DNA from: Fonticula alba ATCC 38817
Lineage: Eukaryota > Protista > Nucleariida
DNA length: 64,000 nucleotides
Direction: 5' to 3' (one strand)
Assembly: GCA_000388065.2 (NCBI GenBank)
Contig: KB932206.1
Below are positions 1-12,123 of the stretch, piece after piece (within the stretch, counting starts at the first letter, position 1; the number at the start of each line of letters is the position of its first letter). Position numbers and translations under genes: made by a program. The notes beneath the pieces were generated by a model, which saw only the letters and a program-made list of their open reading frames with translations, was not told the origin of the DNA and ran no database searches.

Positions 1-1359
1 CCCCCCCCCCCCCCCCCCGGCGAGGAAGCAGAAATCGGCCATCGTCTCGTGTCCGTCGACAGCGAGACGCGCGCGCGCGCGCGCGCGCGAAACACACGGG
101 GCGAAGGTTGGCCGAGGACCAACGGAGACAACTTCGGGTTAAACTGAAAATTCCCCAAGATCCCCCGATAATCGGCGGCATGCGAACCAGTGTCCCAGCT
201 ATTTGGCCAATGTGATAGCTATCATTATTAATCCTCCCTTTCCTCACCCCTTGGGCGAAGAAACATCGCCCCATGTCTCTCCCCCGGCGCGCGGCTGGCG
301 GGGTGGACGAGGAACGCGGGGTGTGGGGGGGAGTGGAAACGAACACGAGCACAAGGGCTAAACGACCAGCCAACCCCGCCCTGGCCCCAAATAGCGCCCT
401 GCGGTCCGGGCCTTTGCCGCGTCAGCTCCCACGCCGGTGAATCCCAAAGCGGCAAGGCGCGCCGGTGGGCGTTCAGCTGTTCGGGTCTTTTTCCATCAGG
501 TCGCCGCTCCCCCACCCCGCCAGAACCCCTGGTATGTGGGAGGGCCGCCCATGCTGCCGGCGAATGTGCACGCACGCACAGGCTCTCCCGCACACACGCG
601 TGCACGCCCTCGAGGGGCACGTTCATTTCTACGGCTCTTGAACCGATCAGAATGGACCCCGTCGCCATCCTCCCCCTCCCCCCCCCCCGCCTGAGGTACC
701 CCTGGGTGCCTAGGCTTGCCATTGCGACGGGAAATGGGGAGAATGGAGTGAGGCCAACCGGGCGAGTGTGACACGGCGGGGAAATCCCCCTGCTCGCCGC
801 TGTTCGGGCGTGGGTGGATGGGTGGGGGGGGGGGGCTCACACTCGACGCGCCCTCGAACCCCGCGGTGAGCTGATGCCCCGAGACCCTCAACTGTTGTGC
901 CAGCCTTTGACCGTGTATTTGCTGGAGGCACCCCCGGCCCCCCGCCGGCTTCTCCTTCCTCGGCTGGCACCCCCCGAGAGTGCGAGAAGGCTCCCTGCCT
1001 CCCTGGCCGCTGCGAGCGACTCCGAAAATCAGCGTGGGAATAGTCCGTCATCGAAGCGCCCGGGCACAGGCGGCAACAGTCGCCCTGCCTATTTCCGCAA
1101 GGTGAGGACGAGGGACCCTCTCCGCCCGGTTCCAGGATCGTTACGAGATCCATACTGACTGACAGCCGCCGGGGGGGGGGGGGGGGGGGGGCCAGGGAGT
1201 CCCCTGGCGAAAAAAAATGCACTCAGCGATCAGCATATGCGGAGAGGAGGAGGCGCACCGGACGGCGCTCCCTCGCGTTCTTTGACCCCCCCCCCCCCCC
1301 TGCCTGTGGCTCGTGAAATCCAGGTCCACAAATTCCGTAGGCGGAGCCGAGCCTCCTCC

Positions 1360-1364
1360 AAAAA
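1360..1364 (-). terminator. Pol III terminator (T5) of tRNA-Glu
   Basis: TTTTT on the minus strand 4 nt after the tRNA discriminator base. Confidence 0.7.
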
Positions 1365-1368
1365 GGTA

Positions 1369-1441
1369 TTCCCATACCGGGACTCGAACCCGGGTCTCGT
1401 GGGTGAGAGCCACGTATCCTAACCACCTAGACTATATGGGA
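1369..1441 (-). tRNA. tRNA-Glu, anticodon CTC, intronless, 73 nt
   Basis: Minus-strand sequence TCCCATATAGTCTAGGTGGTTAGGATACGTGGCTCTCACCCACGAGACCCGGGTTCGAGTCCCGGTATGGGAA. Acceptor stem TCCCATA/TATGGGA, anticodon arm CGTGG-CTCTCAC-CCACG, T arm CCGGG-TTCGAGT-CCCGG. No encoded CCA. Confidence 0.97.
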
Positions 1442-1697
1442 TATACAATGTGCCGGCTTCCCGGGGAATTTATACCACTGGGATTCTATTTTTTCGGAAC
1501 CGACAGAGCCACGCCATCACCGCCGAGCTGCTTGCATCTTCTGGCGCGATCTCCTCAGAGCCCGCCGATGGGTCCTCGACCTCGTCGGGGTCCGTCTCCT
1601 CGCCATTCCCCCCTCGGATGTCGGTCTGATCGGCCTAAGGCTGGTATATTTCTGGACACGAGGATATCCCTCTTCCCCTGTGTCTCTCTTTCTCTCT

Positions 1698-1743
<46 letters not shown>

Positions 1744-1779
1744 CTTCGCCCCTGTGTTCCCTCCGGGACAAGCGGGCAA

Positions 1780-4700
1780 TCAGTAATAGTAGTCGTCGGA
1801 GGAGCCGCCAAACAGGGGATCTACACGGACAGGCACCAAGGCCGGTGCGGTGGGCTCTTCGCGGCCCTGTTGCTCGTTGACCTTCTCCCCTTCGACGCCA
1901 TTCTCCCCGAGGGAAGCCGGGTCCATGTTCGGGCCATCCAGCCGATCCGCCTCCTTCGATTGATCGGCCTCGCCATCGGTATTCGACTGGGCCCCCTTTA
2001 AGTCGAAGTCCTCCACCGGCCGTGGCACTTCCTCGACCGACTCCGGGTGTGACGACCCGCGTGCCACACTCTCTTCAGTGGCCGAGGCGCTCGCCGTGCC
2101 GGGCTTGGGCCTTCCCTCGACGCTCTCGTCGCCGGCCGCCTGGCCGGCATCCGCCGGGTGATCCTTGTCCGCAACTTCGGGGGCCGGCTGCGACACCGAC
2201 GACGATGCGGCCTGCTCCTCTTCCTGCACAGGGTGGTCGCTCTTCATGGGCTGCTCACCGGTCGGAGCCTGCTTCTCGCCTTCCGCCGGGGCACTAGTGT
2301 CCCGCTCTCGGGAGCTTGCGCGGTCGGCCACCAGCTGAGACAGGCGCTCCCGGAGGAGATCCGGCTCGGTGGTCTTGCCCGTTCCCGGGCTATAGGCCAC
2401 CACATGGCTGCCCTCCGGACGTTGCCAGAGCCCGGCCGAGCCATGTGGATCATAGAAGCGGGCATTGATACCCGGCCGGCGCGAGCCGTCCGCATCCGGT
2501 GTGTCGACTCGTGTCTCGGGCCAAAGGATGATCCCCGGGCCGCCGAGGGTCCGGCCGCCCTCGGCGTCTGGGACACCGGTTCCATCGATGGATGGCAGCG
2601 CTTCGGCCGGCCCCACCACGGTTGTCGGTCGCAAGCGCGCGATCAACTCGCTCTCGGCGCTGGTGCTCATGATGAGGACGTCGGCCGAGTACAGGTGGAT
2701 CAGAACCGGCAGCAATCGCCCGGGCGAGGAAACCACCTCGATATTGAGCTCGCGCGCGCGCGAGCGCAACTCAATCATCTCGATCTGTTCGCACAGGGTC
2801 ACGACCACAGCACGGCCGCGATCGCCACCGCGATCACCCCCACCCCCACCCGGGTGTACATCCAAAGTGTCAGTAAATAAGGGCCCCATTCAAAGGCACA
2901 CATTTGCCCCTGGGTCTTCTCGCTCGGGGTCCCAGAGAAGGGCAAGAGAGGAGGCGACAGACGCACCGCCGGCGCCTCGGAAAAGACATAATACTTGACA
3001 GGAAGCCCTGGCACATTGGCCAAATGCAGCTCGGCTTGGACATGCTCAATAAGGCGGACCAGTCCACCAATGAGGGCTGTCATTGGGGAGACGGGGGGGG
3101 GGCGAGTGGGGCACGAGGTCAGTCCACATATCGACGGTGGTTTTCTCCATCGGCCCATGCTCCGACGTTCTGCGCTACTGGACTTGTGGTCCAGTTGCGA
3201 CATCAGGCGGGGGGAAAGAGGAAACAAAGGGTCTGGAAGTAAGGGGCAGCATGCCCGGCCAGCTGAGACATACGGTTCTCCCCCGACTTGATCTGGTCGA
3301 CAGATTCCTGAGGTCGAAGAGCTCGCAGGTGGAAGGCCACAAAGAGAGTCTCCTTCGAGCTGGCACTGTGACGGTCAAACTGCACGGAGATGGGCCACCG
3401 GCGCCGCGCGGCGCGGAACCTCTGGCGGAATTCCTCCCACCCAAGGCCACGCAGGTATGCCCGCTCCCGGCCCTCGGAGCTGTCCAGCAGCAGGCCGTCC
3501 GCCGGACCTGTGAGATGGAGAACAGCTCCACACTCGCGCCGATGATCCGCGAGAGTCCGCTCGACGGCATTGGCAGCATGGGGATCCTGTCGGGTTGGGC
3601 ATCGCCAGTGTCAGCAGCCTGGCCCTCGCCAACCTCTCTCTCTCTCTCCCCCCCCCTCCCCCTCAATCGCCCTCTTCCCTTCCGATTGCCTTCCTCTCTC
3701 CGGACCGCCTTGGCCTTTCTGCCCCCCCCCCCCCCCCGATGCTGCTCGGAGTTCAAGCCTTCCCAGGGGACGACACTGACGGCCATTTAGAAAGTCAAGC
3801 CGCCATACGCGCCATACTCGGGGAGTAACCATGCCACGTACCACCGAGGCTCCAACAACCTCCAAACAGGGCAGGAAGGAGCGACACTCCTTCCCCCGGA
3901 AGCCAGCCAGGCAAATGTCGCCATAGTGCTTGACATTGAGGGCCCGCTGCGGATCGGCTTCTCCCTCGGCCAAGCCGAAAAAGCGATCGAGCTCGTACAT
4001 CTCCGGCGAGGTCAACCCGGCTGGCATGATCGGGTGCGCCAGTGGGGTGACATTGTTCTTCTTGGCCAATATCACCATCGAGTGACTGTGTATGCAGGTC
4101 AACATATGATGCGCCTACGGCGGAAGCCGCGCCCTCCTCCCTGCCACTGGGGGGGACGATAGAAAGTCACGCACATCTCGAAGAAGTAGTGCCCGAGGGA
4201 GGAATCGGCCCGAGGGACCAGCGCCAAGTATTGCTGGCAGCTATCCGCCTCCAGGGGATCCCCCATGCAATAGTCCTCATGGATGCGGCGCAGAGAGATG
4301 CCCACATTGGACCCGGCCTCGACGGGGTAGTTGCGCAGATTCCGCGGCGTCGGGTGGTATAGGGTCGATGTGCCGCGATGGGCCTCATACAGGGGCTCCC
4401 CCCGGCGCAGGGCCTCCGGGAAGGGCTGGTACACGAAGTGCGGAATCAGCGGGCCATAGGCAATCGGCGAGAGGCCAATGTCCTGGGCCTGGCCTCCGGT
4501 CCCCGGGTTCGGCAGGACCGCATGCTCGCTGGACTCGCCAGTCGGGCTGCTGGGAGAGGGTGTTCCGCCCGTGGGTTCCGGAATCAGGGGGGCATTGCTC
4601 GGATCTTCGCTGTCCATGAAAAGCCTCCCACCTCCGGGCAGATCGAAGTCCTGGTCCAGTGGATCACCCACGAGTCCATCCAAGTCCAAGAGCCGATCAC

Positions 4701-5127
4701 CCTCGGACACCAGGCCCCCAGGCGGGACGGGATGCGACTCCGGCCGTTGGATGTGATAGGGCTTGGCGGCCGAGTCCCGGAGGAAGCCCGCAGTATACTG
4801 CATTTCGCGCTGGAGTTCGGCCGCCCGGTTCGAGCCATATCTATGTGCTCCAAAGTAGAGGGTGTCACTGGTGGAGGGGCCGCCGTGGGGCTGTGACTGC
4901 GGGGCTCCCGGGCCCGGGCCCACCGAAGCCCCGGGCCTACCGCGAACGATGTCATCCAATGTGACGCCCGAGCCTCCGGGCATCGGCGGCCCGTGCATGT
5001 GGGTGGCTGCCGACGGGCCAACGCGCACGCCCCCCTGTTGCAGGGTCATTTGAAGGAAAATGAGGGCCCCCAGCACGAAGGCGCCGGAGATGCCCAGGAC
5101 CTTGAGCAGCCTCTTGGCCGCGGTCAT
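1780..5127 (-). CDS. Multi-exon type II membrane protein, putative GT-B fucosyltransferase-like glycosyltransferase (GT11/GT23/NodZ-like)
   Basis: ATG at 5127, short basic tail plus TM segment (KRLLKVLGISGAFVLGALIFLQM) and a Pro/Gly stem. Intron 4174-4086 (GTGCGT..CAG) joins SSLGHYFFE-IHSMVILAKKNN. Later segments LFVAFHLR, KYYVFSE and HLYSADVLIMSTSAESELIARL resemble the family motifs. Low-complexity C-tail, TGA at 1780. Internal exon borders only partly resolved. Confidence 0.55.
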
Positions 5128-6331
5128 GACGGAGTGCGCGCCGGGCAATCGGCCGGGGTCTCTTGCGTATTGGCTCCCACCGACCGCCTCACAGGATGTA
5201 CTTACTCTGCCCGAGCAGGCTCTGAAGGGATAGCGAGTAGGCAAAGAGGCAGCCGAGGAAATGCACGGCCAGCACCAGGTACAATGCCACCGACAGGCTG
5301 GCAATCAGTTCGAAGTCTATGGTGAGGAGGCCTTCGAGGTGTTACACCCGGGCAGGACGCCAGTGGGGCAGGTCCAGGGAACAGGCAGTGCCATCAAATG
5401 GCCGCCGGGGCGAAGGGTTAGCCATTCAGCATGTAAGCAAGGAGGGGAAGGCGCGTCTGGATGGGAGGCGCGTGCGTGTGGGGACGCCAGGTGCCACTCC
5501 CCCCCGGGGACGCCCCCTCCTTGGTGCGGAGGCAGGGCGAAAGGCAAGTGCCAGGCATACTTGTTATGTTGATGGACACTCGCTCGGAGAGCCTTCGAAT
5601 CCACCTCATACTTGCTGCACAGGCCCCGGCAAGATGGCAGCAGCGATGGGAAAAAAATCGGGGATGGGGACAAAAAGCAGAGAGAGAGAGGAGGAGGAGG
5701 GGGAAAGAGCGAAGAGGGCGGACAGGAGAGCTTCCCAACAAGTACCTGGGCACTTGGAGCAGGGAAGGGCACCGGCGGAGCTGTCCCCGGAGGATGTATG
5801 CACTCCAACACCGGAAAAGTTGTACACTCACGCACTCTCTGGGGCCGACAACTCCAAGCGTCTCAGGTTTGGCGAGGTGCCGGAGAGCAGAAAACGAGAG
5901 AAAGAGAGGGACAGGCGAGGGGAGAGGGAGAGGGGGCGGGGGCGAGTCCAGTTGCTTGGGATGGAGGAAAAGGAAGACACAAAAGCTTGCCTTGCTGATA
6001 CGGGCTGCTGCTTGAAGACAAAGAGCGCCCCTAGGGCGAAAGGTAGATGGAATTTAAGGCGCAGCAGGAGGGGGGAAGGTGAAAGAAGTGAGAAAGGGAT
6101 GATGGCTATGGAGGAGCAGCATCCTGCCCGACTCGCGGGGCCGCGCTCTCTTGAAGAGCAGGCCTCTCTTCCGGGGCCTCCACCGATTTACCCTGGCGCG
6201 CGACCCCGACACGGCCGAGCAGATCTCCCACCGCCAAATCACGGCCCCTGGCCCCCGATCGATTGCCGTGCTGATGGACCCGCAGGAACGCGCCCTCGGA
6301 GGTCCGTTGTAACTGAGGCACCTTCACACAC

Positions 6332-6357
6332 CATCATGCCCCTCGAGGGGCATGATG
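6332..6357. repeat. Perfect 26-bp palindrome
   Basis: CATCATGCCCCTCGAGGGGCATGATG equals its own reverse complement. Confidence 0.95.
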
Positions 6358-6968
6358 ACAGCAGGGCCCGGCGATGTTGGTGCTCGGCAACGTCGTTCCC
6401 AGCCCAAGGCCGGCCAATCGGGACCCCCGCCCCCGAGTCGGACACCCGAGTCATTTGCGCCATCGTCAAAGCGTGTCGAGGTTGGACCGTGAGGGGCGAG
6501 GGGAAATTCTGACCAGACACAAACATAAAGGTCGCAACCCGGAAGCCAGGCCTCGAAACGTACGACCCGAGTTCCATTGCCCATGGGGGCACAACCCACA
6601 GGCCATTGAGGGCTATGTGTCAGACATGTCACATGGACAGCTTGATAATGAGATCACGCCCACGCCACGCCCAACATCTGGCATGATTCCCCTGGTGGAG
6701 GGGGCGCCCGCGATCTTGCCCTGCACCCAAATAGGGGCCCACACCACACCGACGCACCGGCTTGACTCTAGCTCCTCCGACGTCAGCTCTTGTCTCTCTC
6801 CTCTGCCCCCCCCCCCCTGCCCCCCGTCCTCCGCGCTCTTGACTCTTCTCCCCAGGCGCCTGCTGCTTTTTACACCAACAGTATGCACCGGAAATCATGA
6901 GTTCCCCCCCGGTGCCTTGTCAGGAGCCATCACGCCCCCGGGCGCCCGGCACTCGTAGCCGACCGGCC

Positions 6969-7644
6969 ATGTATCAGGACCGGTCCCAGTCCGATAGTCA
7001 GCCTGGCCTCTCGACCGCGAGCTTGCCCCTGGACTTACCGTACACAGTTTCGCCATGCCTCGATTCCTTGAGCGATATTGACGATCTCCGAGGGACGCAC
7101 CCTGATGATCTTGAAGATCTGCCTTTCTCCTCATCCGGCTTGGACCTGCGTTTGAATAATTATAATGTCAAGCGGGTCCGTTTGTATCCCACATGTCTAT
7201 GCTCGCCTGTGTTTGTGGAGAGGTGGGAAAAACGGCGCTTTGCTTCCCATTTCGACTCCCTGACACCCATCTCTGTCTCTCCCTCCCCCGCCCCCCCCCT
7301 CCTCGCTGTCTCTCTCTCTCTCTCCTCCCCTTCTCCCTTCTCCCTTCTCCCTGCCCAACCGACCCGCCCCTCCGCTTGGCTTTGAACAGCTCCTCGCACA
7401 TAATGACCTTCTCCATGCTGTGGCGTTGGATCACCTGAAGCATGCCCGGCCGGGCCACGCCGCGCGCACTCTACGTGTGGTGTACGCCAATTTGCGCATC
7501 CTGGCTGACTGGGCCGCCCAAGGGGGGCTCGTCAATGCCGAGGAAAGCCACTTCGCTCGTGATGCCCAATTGCCGTCCAACTCGGAGGAGTCCCACACGC
7601 AGGTGCTTGCCGAGTCTCCCCGGCCAGCCGAATCGCCAGACTGA
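6969..7644 (+). CDS. Small SSXT-domain protein (SS18/SS18L2/GIF-like), 2 exons (6969-7175, 7390-7644)
   Basis: Intron 7176 GTCCGT..CAG 7389 gives an in-frame join NVKRLLAHNDLLHAVALDHLKHARPGHAARTLRVVYANLRILADWA. This fits the SSXT pattern (IQKxLDxNxxLI...LxxNLxYLAxxAD). Not visible in the unspliced ORF track. Confidence 0.65.
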
Positions 7645-7734
7645 CGCCCAGCAAAGGATGTAAAATAGAAAGAGAAAAGGCAATCAAGCGGAAATCACCG
7701 ATGTAGCACACATGTTCGCGTCACTATTCGATGG

Positions 7735-9477
7735 CTATTTGGAGCCGAGGAAGGCTAGCATCAAGCTCTGACCCTCTGGGATCGCCATCTTAGATGGGCG
7801 CTTTTTTGCGCCACCTGCGACAGTGGACGCAGACGCCGCTTGAAGCAGGGCAAAGGCCTTGCGATTGGATGTTCCAATCGCCAAGCGCTCAGCCTCGACG
7901 GTGTTTCCCGCTACCCCGCCGCAAGATCCCTTCTTGAGGATGGCATCCGCACTGGCCCAAGCTGCTGGACGTGGTGGGCCTTGGGCAAAAGTGTCACCGG
8001 CACCGGCGCCTCCGCGACCGTCGGCCGTGTCTGGCAGCGTGCGCCCACCCTGGCCATACTCTCGGGACAGGGCAATCGCCATGACACGGTAGCCGTGGCG
8101 CCGGTGGGAAAAAACATGCTGAAAGGACCCGCAGTCCAAGATGCGCGTGGTATCCCCGCTGGCCGGGCCCGGGCCATAGGCCCACTTCTTCGGGGCGATG
8201 TCCAGCAAGCTGGCAGCCCGGGCGGCCGCCTCCTCGGCCGGCAGGGCATCCAACTCTTCGAACCCCAATTGCACATCAAAGGACGGGAATTCCCAGAGAC
8301 CAGCCAGCAGACCACGCGTCGGGCGTCGGGTGAGGAAAAATTCCTCCTGCCCAAGCGCGGTCGATGTGCGGGAAACGATGCACAAGAGGAAGGCCTGAAC
8401 CGGAGCGGCGGCGCGAGCGGCCGGAGGGGCTGGGAAGTGGCTCGGCTCCGCAAAGTCCGCCCATCGGACTCGCGGCTGACACAAATCACACATCGGTCCC
8501 GGGGATTGGATGTGCTCATCCTCCTCGAGCTTCAGTGAAAGGGCCGGCCGGGCCGTGGGCGCCATCCGGCCGGAGGTGCTGAGCTCATTTGACCGACAGA
8601 GACTGCGCAATGGACAGATGCCACACTGTGGCGAGACAGGCGTGCAAACCATGGCTCCGAGCTCCATCAGCGCCTGGTTAAGATCGCCGGGACGATTGGT
8701 GGCACGCAGATCCTCCGGGTCCGGAAGCCAGCCCCCATCGCCGATCCCACCATCAGGCAAGGCATCCACCGTGTCGGGCACTTCATGGCCCCGGGCGAGG
8801 GTGCGCGCCGTGCGCCAGGCCCACCGGTCAGCGGGTGGGCAATTTTTGGCCGGCGCACGGACACGCATCAGTCGGATGAGCACACGCGTGACATTCCCAT
8901 CCACCAAAGCACACGGCTGGTGCCCGGCAATCGAGGCAATTGCTCCGGCTGTGTAGGGCCCAACTCCCGGGAGAAAGCGCGCCAGCTCACTCGGCGACCA
9001 GGCTGGAATGCGTGAGCAACGATGCGTCTTGGCGGAGGGATCCTCCGGTTTGATCGGCATGTGGTCACACTCGATGCAAGAAACGGGGTGCGGGGTGGCA
9101 GCCACTTTCTGGGCACCCTCAAGAAGGCGCCGCGATCGGCCGTAATAGCCAAGTCCGGCCCAAGCGGCGGCCACCTCCTCCTCGGTGGCCCGAGCCAAAT
9201 CCTCCACCGTTGGCCATTTCTACCACAGGGAGCGGGGTATGTGTGTGTGCGTGTGTGCGCGTGTGTGAAGAAGGGAGATCGAGGAGGATGAGGTTGGTTA
9301 GTGGATGGGGCCGATCGGCGAGGACAAGCAGTGATCAGGGCGATGGGTACCTCCATCCAGCGTGCAAAGTATGGAAGCACTGTGGCCACTTGGGTTTGCT
9401 GGCACATGATCTCGCTCACCCAGACCGTGTAGGCACGCTGCTCGAGGGGAATGGTCTGGACAAGCGTGTATGTGTGC

Positions 9478-9523
<46 letters not shown>

Positions 9524-10133
9524 GCGGGGATCAATGAGCGAAAAGGACGGTCAGTCTACGAGGCAATCGAGGGACGAGGAAAAGGGCCGGAGAAAAGGAA
9601 AAGGACCGGAGAAAAGGAAAAGGGCCTACCACATCGTCAGCCACGTCGCGCCAGGGGAGCGGCCGCCGGCAAGCGCGATACCAGTCGAGCAGCGCCTGGC
9701 GGATGGCCGTCACATGTTGCTGCCCATTTGGATCGCTGGCCGACGAAAAGCGGTGCCGAGCAACCGAATGCGGGTCTAGGTCCGGCAAGTCGCCAGCAGG
9801 AGTTGCCTCCACAGCGGGCGACGACGTCGTTCGAGCGCGCTTCGAGACGGCCGTGCGGCTGACAGCGGTGCTTGCTGTGCGCCGCTTGACGGGCTTCCTC
9901 TCCTTTGGTTCTTCCTCCTGTAGCTCATCCCCATCTTCATCGGAGGAGGATGCGAACGGGGAGGAAGCAGAGGAACAAGGATCGGAATCCGAGTCAGAGG
10001 CGGTGCTCTGCCTGATGCTCGGATCGCTAAGTGGATCACTGAGCTCGGCGTCCATGTATTGGCCCACGAATCGCGATGTGGAGGCCGTGCGGACCCGGGT
10101 GCTCCGCCGAAGTTCACTTGACATCGGAAACAC
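7735..10133 (-). CDS. MUTYH: A/G-specific adenine DNA glycosylase (MutY homolog), 3 exons
   Basis: LLDWYRACRRPLPWR; AYTVWVSEIMCQQT; WAGLGYYGR; HhH LPGVGPYTA; catalytic VDGNV; [4Fe-4S] motif C-x6-C-x2-C-x5-C; NUDIX-like GLLAGLWEFP and HVFSH; C-terminal PIP-like QSLMLAFL. Exon 2 ends at 9351 and exon 3 starts at 9219. Confidence 0.95.
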
Positions 10134-10459
10134 CGGGAGCGGGGAAGGAGGACAGCGAAGGAGAGGGGGGAGCGATGGGAGGCAAAGGAAGAGGAGTCGG
10201 ACTAGGCAGCAGGAGGCTCACACAGAGACACACACACACACACACACACACTCCGGGAGCAGATTGGCGAAGGCGAGCAAGAGGGAAGGACATGAGGGAC
10301 ACATGGTCGAATGGAAGATCGCCCACCCAGCCTTGCGTGGACGTGCTGAGCCCTAAAAATAACCCCGCCCACTTCATAATCCTCGCCCCTGCTCCCCCGG
10401 GGGTGGCGCTCCCATGCGCGCGCGCGAAGAGGACGAGAGACGGCCGAGGGTGAGACATC

Positions 10460-10465
10460 TTTATT
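10460..10465 (-). promoter_or_regulatory. Candidate AATAAA polyadenylation signal overlapping the RAD51-paralog stop codon
   Basis: Minus strand reads GAA TAA A, so the TAA stop sits inside AATAAA. The next gene's ATG is only about 330 bp downstream. Confidence 0.35.
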
Positions 10466-12123
10466 CGGCTGGGGGCCCGCCTGCCAACTCATCGGGCCAT
10501 GGGCGACACCCACCATCATCCACGAAGAAGGAGCAGTGGCGGGACAAGTGCTGCTGCCCGGGCGGGAGGGTAGCCAGGCGGACCGTCCGGCGGACCCGCC
10601 GCGCCGGCTGGGGCTGGCTGATCCTCAAGACAGAGTCCCGCACAATCTCCAGCGCCAGAGCCGGCGACAGTCCGAACGGGCTGGCCTCAGGCCAGGCGTC
10701 AGTCCGGGAGTCATCATCGCAAGTGGCCTGGCCTGGCGATCCGGTGGCACGGGCCAGCACCGCCAGGGCATCAGCCAAAGCCTGCTGCTCGGCCGGGTCC
10801 TCCTCATCCTGGCGCTCGAGGGCCAGAATCGTGGATGGTCCGGCCGAGCGCCAGGCCAGCCCGAGTGCCGGCTTGGCAAGCGCCGGACCACTGCCTGCCC
10901 GCAGGCGAATATCCACAGGCAGTACATCCGATCCGACTCGCGGATGGATGGACCCATCGTCGCCGGTGTCGCAAGCCGAGCGATTGGAGATCTCCTCCTC
11001 CGGGGGGCCAAATTGGCCGGTAATTTGGTTTGTCACCATCACAATCAGCCCATATTTACAGGACAACAGGCGGAGCAGAGCGCCGAGTCTTCATCAAGTC
11101 GGGACGTTTGCAACAGGTCAGGGACGGAGCCGGAAGAAGCCCCCCGGGCTGGAAGCGAAGAGGAGACAAGAAGGGGAGAGGGAGGAAGATGGGGGGGGGG
11201 GGAGGGAGGGCATTGGAAGACAAGTTCCGCGAGAGTCGTACTCAAACATGACCTCGCTTCGCTGGGGAAGAGAGATTGGCGGGCCAAACTCATCTGAGCC
11301 CCAGAGATCCGGCTGATGCGCATGGCGAAAAGCGCCGGCAATCGAGTCAAGCACCAAGCCGCGGACTGGCTCGCCAGCTTTGAGCATCTAAAGGCATCCC
11401 ATCAGTGAATCATGAAACGAAAGAGCGGGGAAAGTGGGCAAGATGAGGATGGCAATTGGGAGGAGTGCGCACTGGCAGCAGGCGCTCCCGCAGGAGGAAG
11501 AGGAGTTGATGCGGGCCGATCGCCGCCGAGAGAAGGACATTCTCGGCGACAGACGTCTCAGCCGGTGGAAGCAGCTGGCACAGGCGTCGAATGCCAACGC
11601 CCATCGGCAATCCAGCCTCGGTGGTAATATGCGCCACTTGGCCACCGGTGTGCCGAGCTATTTGCAAGGCCAGGTGCAGGGCCAGCTGCGACTTGCCAGA
11701 GCCAGCCTCGCCAACCAGCTCGATGAAGGCCCCTGGACGGAGGCCCTGGCCCCCCGGGAGAATCTGATCCAGGCCAGGGAGGCCGGTCGGCACGGGGGTC
11801 GCATCTTCACGAGCAGGGAGCAGGGGGGCGGAGGGCGTAAGGAGACTTCCCTCATTGCTGTCTGGAGCAAATTCAAATGCCTGACCGCCAGCTGTCGACA
11901 ATGCTACCGCTCGGTCCCGAAGGAGACCTAGGGCAGCTTGGCGGCGGATTGCCTGAACTCGAGAGGGGTCCACCCCCGAGAGGACACTCATGAGGCGCTG
12001 GGGGGTGCAGAACAATACATCCCGGCAGGAGGCGATGCCAGCAGAGGTTAGGCGTGCAACGTGCGGGCCGGGCCCGAGGGCGGCCGCTAATCCCGCCGCG
12101 GGACTGTCGTAAGGACAATCCAT
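10461..12123 (-). CDS. RAD51 paralog, most similar in motif style to XRCC3 (RAD51B not excluded), 3 exons
   Basis: N-terminal helical domain; PTGLPGLDQIL; Walker A GEAGSGKS; Walker B LVLDSIA; spliced RSEVMFELGALLRLLSCKYGLIVMVTNQ; KPALGLAW; terminal CSFFVDDGG. Exon 2 starts at 11387. Confidence 0.88.

Noticed and set aside
6352-6512. C/D-box snoRNA (ATGATGA at 6352, CTGA at 6509)
   Set aside because: No convincing terminal stem or recognisable rRNA antisense element, and the C box is simply one arm of the palindrome.
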